A DNA stretch of 64,000 bases from Oscillibacter sp. (GTDB lineage: Bacteria; Bacillota; Clostridia; Oscillospirales; Oscillospiraceae): NCBI GenBank assembly GCA_022652815.1, contig JALCRR010000002.1:46951-110950 (forward strand), in the 5' to 3' direction. The position numbers and the translations under genes were made by a program. This document shows, one piece after another, positions 58,495 to 64,000 of the stretch. Below the pieces are notes generated by a model. The model was not told the origin of the DNA. It did not search any database and worked only from the letters and a program-made list of their open reading frames with translations. Each line of letters opens with the position of its first letter. The stretch's first letter is position 1.

Positions 58495-59256
58495 TCAGAC
58501 GGATTCCTCCGAAAGCTCCAATACCACCGGGCAGTGATCGCTGCCCAGCACCTCCGGCCAAATGTCGGCAGTTTTCACACGCTCCATCAGACGGTCGGAC
58601 ACAATAAAGTAGTCAATGCGCCACCCGGCGTTGTTCTCCCGGGCGTGGAAGCGGTAGCTCCACCAGGAGTACGTCACCGTGTCCGGGTGCAGCGTGCGGA
58701 ACGTATCGGCAAAGCCGGCGGAGAGCAGCTCCGTCATCTTTTCTCGTTCTTCATCGGAAAAACCGGCGTGCCCCCGGTTGGTTTTGGGATTTTTAATGTC
58801 GATTTCCTCGTGGGCGACGTTCAGATCGCCGCAGAGGACAACGGGCTTTTGCGCGTCCAGACTTTGCAGATAGGCCCGGAAGTCATCCTCCCACGCCATG
58901 CGGTAAGGAAGCCGCTTGAGCCCGTCCTGAGAATTGGGGGTGTAACAGCACACCAGATAAAAGTCCGCAAATTCTGTGGTGATGACCCGCCCCTCGTGGT
59001 TGTGCTCTCCATCGCCAAAGCCGTAGGTGACATGCAGCGGCTCCCGGCGGGTAAAGACCGCCGTGCCGGAATAGCCGGCTTTTTCCGCACTGTTCCAAAA
59101 GCGCGTATAGCCCGGCAGGTCAAAGTCCGCCTGCTCCGGCTTCATCTTCGTTTCCTGTAAACAAATGACGTCCGCATCCGCAAATGTGCAGAAATCCAGA
59201 AAACCCTTTCCAAGACACGCCCGCAGGCCGTTGACATTCCATGATACCAGTTTCAT
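58495..59256 (-). CDS. xth: Exodeoxyribonuclease III / AP endonuclease
   Basis: SWNVNGLRA; LQETK; GDLNVAH; GWRIDY; GSDHCP. Confidence 0.97.
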   Translation of the reverse strand: MKLVSWNVNGLRACLGKGFLDFCTFADADVICLQETKMKPEQADFDLPGYTRFWNSAEKAGYSGTAVFTRREPLHVTYGFGDGEHNHEGRVITTEFADFYLVCCYTPNSQDGLKRLPYRMAWEDDFRAYLQSLDAQKPVVLCGDLNVAHEEIDIKNPKTNRGHAGFSDEEREKMTELLSAGFADTFRTLHPDTVTYSWWSYRFHARENNAGWRIDYFIVSDRLMERVKTADIWPEVLGSDHCPVVLELSEESV

Positions 59257-59306
59257 ATTGTTTGCTCCTTTTCAAGAACTGTTTGTGCGGCGGGGTGCTT
59301 TCCCTG

Positions 59307-60128
59307 TCACACGCACCATACGGTGACGGCGGCCACCACGATCACGCCGCCCAGAAGGGCGAAGATACCGGGAGCCTCCCCATCAAAGAGAAAAACCCAC
59401 ACGGGGTTTAAAAGCGGTTCCACCGCGCCCAAAAGCGAACAGGCCAGCGGCGGGCAGTTGTCAGATGAGAGAATCAGCAGAATATAAGGCACACCCAGCT
59501 GGATGATGCCCAATGCCAGAATACAGGCAACCGGCACGGCGGAGAGCTTGGTTGCCGTGAAAACGGTAAAGGGAATGCCGACAGCCGCCGTAAAGAGATG
59601 GCCCAGAAGCATGCCGCCCATGCGGGTGGGAGCGTCCGCCTGCCCGATGCTCAGATACATGCCGGCCATAAAGGCCCCGGCGGCAATGGCAATGCAGTTG
59701 CCCAGCAGATACCCGGGCGAGAGCTGGTCGAAGAAAAAGAGAGAAATGCCGCCCAAGGTGCACAAAACCGCCAGCGCATCCCCTTTGCGGAACTTCTGGT
59801 GAAGCAGCACCGTGGAATAGACCATCAGAAAAACCGGCGCGGTGAATTGCAGCACGATGGCGTTGGCGGCGGTCGTGAGCTTGTTGGCAACCACAAAGGA
59901 GACAAAGGTCAAGCACTGAAAAAGACCGTTGATGGCCGCCTGCCGGCTGAAGCAAACGGAAACGTGTCCCAGACGCAGATACAACAGAACCACCCCGGCG
60001 GCAATCAGGCTGCGCCAGCCGGCAATCGTCATGGCGTTCCAGGGAATCAGCTTGATAAAAATACCGCCGGTGCTCCACATGGTGGCACAGATCAGCATTT
60101 CGAGAATCGCTTTGTTTTTGGGTGACAT
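59307..60128 (-). CDS. DMT/EamA family transporter
   Basis: Ten TM segments in two EamA repeats (LTTAANAIVLQFTAPVF; EPLLNPVW). Confidence 0.85.
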   Translation of the reverse strand: MSPKNKAILEMLICATMWSTGGIFIKLIPWNAMTIAGWRSLIAAGVVLLYLRLGHVSVCFSRQAAINGLFQCLTFVSFVVANKLTTAANAIVLQFTAPVFLMVYSTVLLHQKFRKGDALAVLCTLGGISLFFFDQLSPGYLLGNCIAIAAGAFMAGMYLSIGQADAPTRMGGMLLGHLFTAAVGIPFTVFTATKLSAVPVACILALGIIQLGVPYILLILSSDNCPPLACSLLGAVEPLLNPVWVFLFDGEAPGIFALLGGVIVVAAVTVWCV

Positions 60129-60280
60129 GCAGGGCCTTCCTTCCAGAAAATGTGTTTTCCTCATTTTACCCGACCGATGTGAAAAAAACAACCTTGCCGG
60201 GAGGAAAGAATCAGTGTAGAGTAGAATTTGTGAAAATACGTCTGTGCGCAACGGTTAATTTTTGGAAACCGGGTGTTTGA

Positions 60281-61660
60281 ATGGAACAATCAAAAGGCGG
60301 TCTGCGAAACATGACCGTGGGCTCTCCAGCGGGGCATATTCTGGCGTTCTCCCTGCCGCTGCTGCTGGGCAGTTTTCTCCAGCAGCTTTACAACATGGTG
60401 GACTCCTGGGTAGTGGGCAACTACGTCGGGGAGGCGGCGTTGGCCGCTGTTGGTATCGGTTTTCCGGTGCTATTCATGTTCACGTCCCTCTTTATGGGAC
60501 TTTCCACCGGTGGAACCGTGGTCATCGCCCAGTTTTACGGGGCGGGGAAAATGGATCGTGTCCGGGACGCGGTGGATACGATTTATACCACGTTCACCCG
60601 CATGGCCGTCCCGGTGACGGCGGGGGCGCTGGTGCTGGTGCGCCCGATTCTCTTTTTGCTGCGGGTGGACAGCGACTGCTATCATGAGGCGTGGGTCTAT
60701 CTGATGATCGTCTGTGCCGGACTGATCGGCACCATCGGCTACAACCTAAATGCGGGCATTTTAAACGGCCTTGGCAACAGCCGCACAACGCTGCTGTTTT
60801 TGTCCATCGCCGCGGTGATGAACATTGTGCTGGATCTTGTACTGGTGCTCTGGTGCGGCTGGGGTGTGATGGGTGTGGCCGTGGGAACGATTGTCTCCCA
60901 GGCGTTTTCGTGGCTGTTCGGCATCTTTTACATCAACCGCCATTACCCCGAGATCGCCATTCACCCCTTCTGCGGCCGGTTTGACCGGATGCTTTTCAAG
61001 GAAATTATGACCATCGGTCTGCCGGCGGGCGTCCAGATGTCGCTGGTGGCCATCGGCACCATGATCGTGACCAGCAAGGTGGACACCTTCGGCAAGGAAT
61101 TCACCGCCGGTTTCAATGTTGGCAACAAGCTGGATACCATGGCCTTTTTACCCATGCAGAGCGTGGCCAGCGCCATCACCGCCTTCGTGGGGCAGAACGT
61201 GGGCGCGAAAAAGCTGGATCGGGTGCGCAAGGGCGTCCAGGTGACGGTTATCATGGCCGTGGTGTGGTGCGGGATCATGGCGCTGATTTTGATTCCGTTC
61301 AGCGCGCCGCTGGTGGGGCTGTTCTCCCCCAACGCGCAGGTGATTGCGGCAGGCTCCGTTTATCTCAAGTGTATTATGCCGTTTTACGTCCTGTTTGCCG
61401 TGATGTTCTGCCTGAACAATGCCATGCGCGGAGCCGGCGACAGCATGTTCCCCATGGTCTGTGTGGTGCTGTCCCTCATCGGTCTGCGTGTTCCGGCAGT
61501 CTATGTTCTCGCCAACCGATTTGGCTCCGATATGATGTTTTACGGCTACGGAATCGGATGGATTCTGGGCTTTATTCTGGTGGTTGCACACTATTTTTCC
61601 GGGCGCTGGAAGCGCTATGGTTCTCTGGCAGAGGAAAAAACGGTGGAAAAAGTGGAATAA
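60281..61660 (+). CDS. MATE family efflux transporter
   Basis: FSLP...G..LQQLYN.VD..VVG; G.G.S.T.L; G.P...Q; 12 TM segments. Confidence 0.92.
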   Translation: MEQSKGGLRNMTVGSPAGHILAFSLPLLLGSFLQQLYNMVDSWVVGNYVGEAALAAVGIGFPVLFMFTSLFMGLSTGGTVVIAQFYGAGKMDRVRDAVDTIYTTFTRMAVPVTAGALVLVRPILFLLRVDSDCYHEAWVYLMIVCAGLIGTIGYNLNAGILNGLGNSRTTLLFLSIAAVMNIVLDLVLVLWCGWGVMGVAVGTIVSQAFSWLFGIFYINRHYPEIAIHPFCGRFDRMLFKEIMTIGLPAGVQMSLVAIGTMIVTSKVDTFGKEFTAGFNVGNKLDTMAFLPMQSVASAITAFVGQNVGAKKLDRVRKGVQVTVIMAVVWCGIMALILIPFSAPLVGLFSPNAQVIAAGSVYLKCIMPFYVLFAVMFCLNNAMRGAGDSMFPMVCVVLSLIGLRVPAVYVLANRFGSDMMFYGYGIGWILGFILVVAHYFSGRWKRYGSLAEEKTVEKVE

Positions 61661-61662
61661 AG

Positions 61663-61691
61663 TTGTAATTTTTAACAAAAAGGACTATAAT
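61663..61691 (+). promoter_or_regulatory. sigma-A promoter of metG
   Basis: TTGTAA-17-TATAAT. Confidence 0.7.
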
Positions 61692-61767
61692 ATTCAAACT
61701 GTCAAACAGTATGAACGTTCATTCCGGCACTCTTCCATTCGGAGCGCCGTCATAAGGAGAAAAACTA

Positions 61768-63744
61768 ATGGAAAAGAAACGCTTTTATATCACGACCCCG
61801 ATCTATTACCCCTCGGACAAGCTGCACATCGGCCACACCTACTGCACCGTGGCAACGGACGCTATGGCGCGCTACAAGCGGCTGCAGGGCTACGACGTCA
61901 TGTTCCTCACCGGGACCGACGAACACGGCCAGAAGATCGAAACAAAGGCACAGGAGGCCGGCGTGACCCCCAAGCAGTTCGTGGACAACATCGTGGAGGG
62001 TCCCAAGGGCGTCAAAGACCTCTGGAAGCTGATGAATGTCTCCTATGACCGCTTTATCCGCACCACCGATGAGTACCATGTGGAGTCCGTCCAGAAGATC
62101 TTTAAGAAGATGTATGAAAAGGGCGACATCTACAAGGGCAAGTACAAGGGCAAATACTGCACGCCCTGCGAGTCCTTCTGGACCGAGAGCCAGCTGAAAG
62201 ACGGCTGCTGTCCCGACTGTGGACGGCCTGTGGTGGACGCCGAGGAAGAGGCCTATTTCTTCCGCCTGAGCAAGTATGCAGACCGGGTTCGCGATCTGCT
62301 GGAAAACACCGATTTTCTCCAGCCCCGCTCCCGTGTCAACGAGATGATTCACAACTTCATTGACCCGGGTCTTGAGGATCTGTGTGTTTCCCGCACCAGT
62401 TTCTCCTGGGGCATTCCCGTGGATTTTGACTCTAAGCACGTGGTTTATGTGTGGTTGGACGCCCTGTTCAACTACACCACCGCACTGGGCTTTTTGAATG
62501 AGACGTACAGCGATTACGACAAGTTCTGGCCTGCCGACGTCCATTTTGTGGGCAAGGAAATTGTGCGGTTCCACTCCATCATCTGGCCTGCCATGCTGAT
62601 GAGCATGGACATGCCCCTGCCCAAGCACGTTTACGGCCACGGCTGGCTGCTGCTGGACGGCGGCAAGATGAGCAAGTCCAAGGGCAACGTGGTGGATCCC
62701 TATGTGTTGGCGGAGCGTTACAGCGCTGATGCGCTGCGCTTCTTCCTGCTGCGTACCTTCCCCTTCGGTACCGACGGCAACTTCTCCAACGAGCTTTTGA
62801 TTAACACCATCAATGTGGATCTGGCCAACGACCTTGGCAATCTGCTCTCCCGCACCACCGCCATGGCCGACAAGTACTTCGGCGGCACGCTGTCCGAGGC
62901 TCAGGCCGAGGGCGACGAGGATGCCGAGCTGATCGCCATGGCATCCGCCCTTCGGGACAAGTACGAAGCACAGATGGAAAAATACCAGATGCAAAACGCC
63001 CTTTCTGAGGTGTTTAATGTCATCGCCCGTGCCAACAAGTATATCGATGAGACGGCGCCTTGGGTGCTGGCCAAGGACGAGGCCACAAAGCCCCGCCTTG
63101 CCCGCGTGCTTTACAATCTTGCGGAAACGCTGCGCATCTGCGGCACGCTGCTGCTGCCGTTTATCCCCGACACCTGCACCAAGATCTTTGAACAGATCGG
63201 CGCAGACGCCGACTTGACTACTTGGGAAAAGGCCGCCGCATTCGGCGTGCTTTCCAAGACTGCCACCCTTCACAAGGGCGAGAACATCTTCCCCCGCATC
63301 GACGCCGCCAAGGAGATCGCCGAACTGGAGGAGCTGGAGAATGCTCAGAAGGCCAAGGCGCAGGCTGCTGTCGCTCCCGCCATTGAGGTGGAGCCCCAGA
63401 CCACCGAGGACGTGGACTTTGATACCTTCTGCAAGAGCGATTTCCGCGCCGTGAAGGTCAAGGCCTGCGAGGCCGTTGCCAAGTCCAAAAAGCTGTTGCG
63501 CTTCACGCTGGATGACGGCACCGGCACGGACCGTCAGATTCTCTCCGGCATCCACAAGTGGTACGAGCCGGAGGCTCTGGTGGGCAAGACACTGGTGGCC
63601 ATTGTGAATCTGCCGCCCCGTAAAATGATGGGTCTGGATTCCAACGGCATGCTGCTCTCCGCTGTCCACACGGAAAACGGCGAGGAAGCGCTAAACCTCA
63701 TCATGGTGGATGACAAGATTCCTGCCGGCGCAAAGCTCTGCTGA
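61768..63744 (+). CDS. metG: Methionine--tRNA ligase with C-terminal tRNA-binding domain
   Basis: HIGH; GTDEHGQKI; Zn knuckle; KMSKS; C-terminal OB/EMAP domain. Confidence 0.98.
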   Translation: MEKKRFYITTPIYYPSDKLHIGHTYCTVATDAMARYKRLQGYDVMFLTGTDEHGQKIETKAQEAGVTPKQFVDNIVEGPKGVKDLWKLMNVSYDRFIRTTDEYHVESVQKIFKKMYEKGDIYKGKYKGKYCTPCESFWTESQLKDGCCPDCGRPVVDAEEEAYFFRLSKYADRVRDLLENTDFLQPRSRVNEMIHNFIDPGLEDLCVSRTSFSWGIPVDFDSKHVVYVWLDALFNYTTALGFLNETYSDYDKFWPADVHFVGKEIVRFHSIIWPAMLMSMDMPLPKHVYGHGWLLLDGGKMSKSKGNVVDPYVLAERYSADALRFFLLRTFPFGTDGNFSNELLINTINVDLANDLGNLLSRTTAMADKYFGGTLSEAQAEGDEDAELIAMASALRDKYEAQMEKYQMQNALSEVFNVIARANKYIDETAPWVLAKDEATKPRLARVLYNLAETLRICGTLLLPFIPDTCTKIFEQIGADADLTTWEKAAAFGVLSKTATLHKGENIFPRIDAAKEIAELEELENAQKAKAQAAVAPAIEVEPQTTEDVDFDTFCKSDFRAVKVKACEAVAKSKKLLRFTLDDGTGTDRQILSGIHKWYEPEALVGKTLVAIVNLPPRKMMGLDSNGMLLSAVHTENGEEALNLIMVDDKIPAGAKLC

Positions 63745-63763
63745 GCCGTTTGCCCAGTGATAA

Positions 63764-63798
63764 AAAAACGGGAGGCGGCTTTGCCGCCTCCCGTTTTT
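63764..63798 (+). terminator. Intrinsic terminator
   Basis: AAAAACGGGAGGCGGC-TTT-GCCGCCTCCCGTTTTT. Confidence 0.85.
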
Positions 63799-63853
63799 CG
63801 ACTGTTTTCTTGTTCATTAGATGCTAAAATCAGAAAAAAGGAGAATTCCGCCG

Positions 63854-64000
63854 ATGCTCTTTGATACCCATGCCCACTATGACGACGCGGCCTTCGATGC
63901 GGACCGGGAGGAACTCCTTGCCGCTGTGCAGGCTTTCGGCGTGGAGAAAATCATTGACCCGGGCTGTGACCTTGCAAGTTCCCGCGCCGCCGTGGCGCTT
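63854..64000 (+). CDS. tatD: TatD family nuclease (5' partial, runs off the window)
   Basis: MLFDTHAHYDD..FD.DRE; canonical position after metG. Translated by hand, as it is not in the ORF track. Confidence 0.85.
   Translation, partial: MLFDTHAHYDDAAFDADREELLAAVQAFGVEKIIDPGCDLASSRAAVAL

Overview
Origin-of-replication region of a GC-rich spore-forming Clostridia chromosome (Oscillospiraceae-like; the taxon is inferred from gene content, not identified). It contains the rpmH-dnaA-oriC-dnaN-yaaA-recF-remB-gyrB-gyrA core and the divergent rnpA-yidD-yidC-jag-glyQS arm. Also present are parAB flanked by two perfect parS sites, a Noc-like ParB paralogue, mreC-mreD-mrdA, minD, five aminoacyl-tRNA synthetases, two T-box leaders (Asp and Gly specifiers), a SigV/RsiV-like pair, an orphan TRAP DctP and an orphan type IV pilin-like gene. 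I recognised no rRNA, tRNA, CRISPR array, integrase or transposase. The most unusual signal is at the recF 3' end (44681-45072), where a 155-bp-period array holds three recF C-terminal tails separated by a 73-bp structured spacer. Two tails match the expressed allele and carry a parS-like palindrome. The third is a same-length, divergent recF tail whose differences in the shared 44-bp core are all synonymous. This looks like a gene-tail-replacing mini-element or a cassette of alternative C-termini. Other leads are a 180-bp structured element after gyrA, a ~33-kb block oriented toward oriC, Noc and MinD both lacking their usual membrane anchors, and an SLH/parvulin-like gene inserted inside an Asp-T-box hisS-aspS operon. 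All analyses were done by eye from the sequence and the ORF track.
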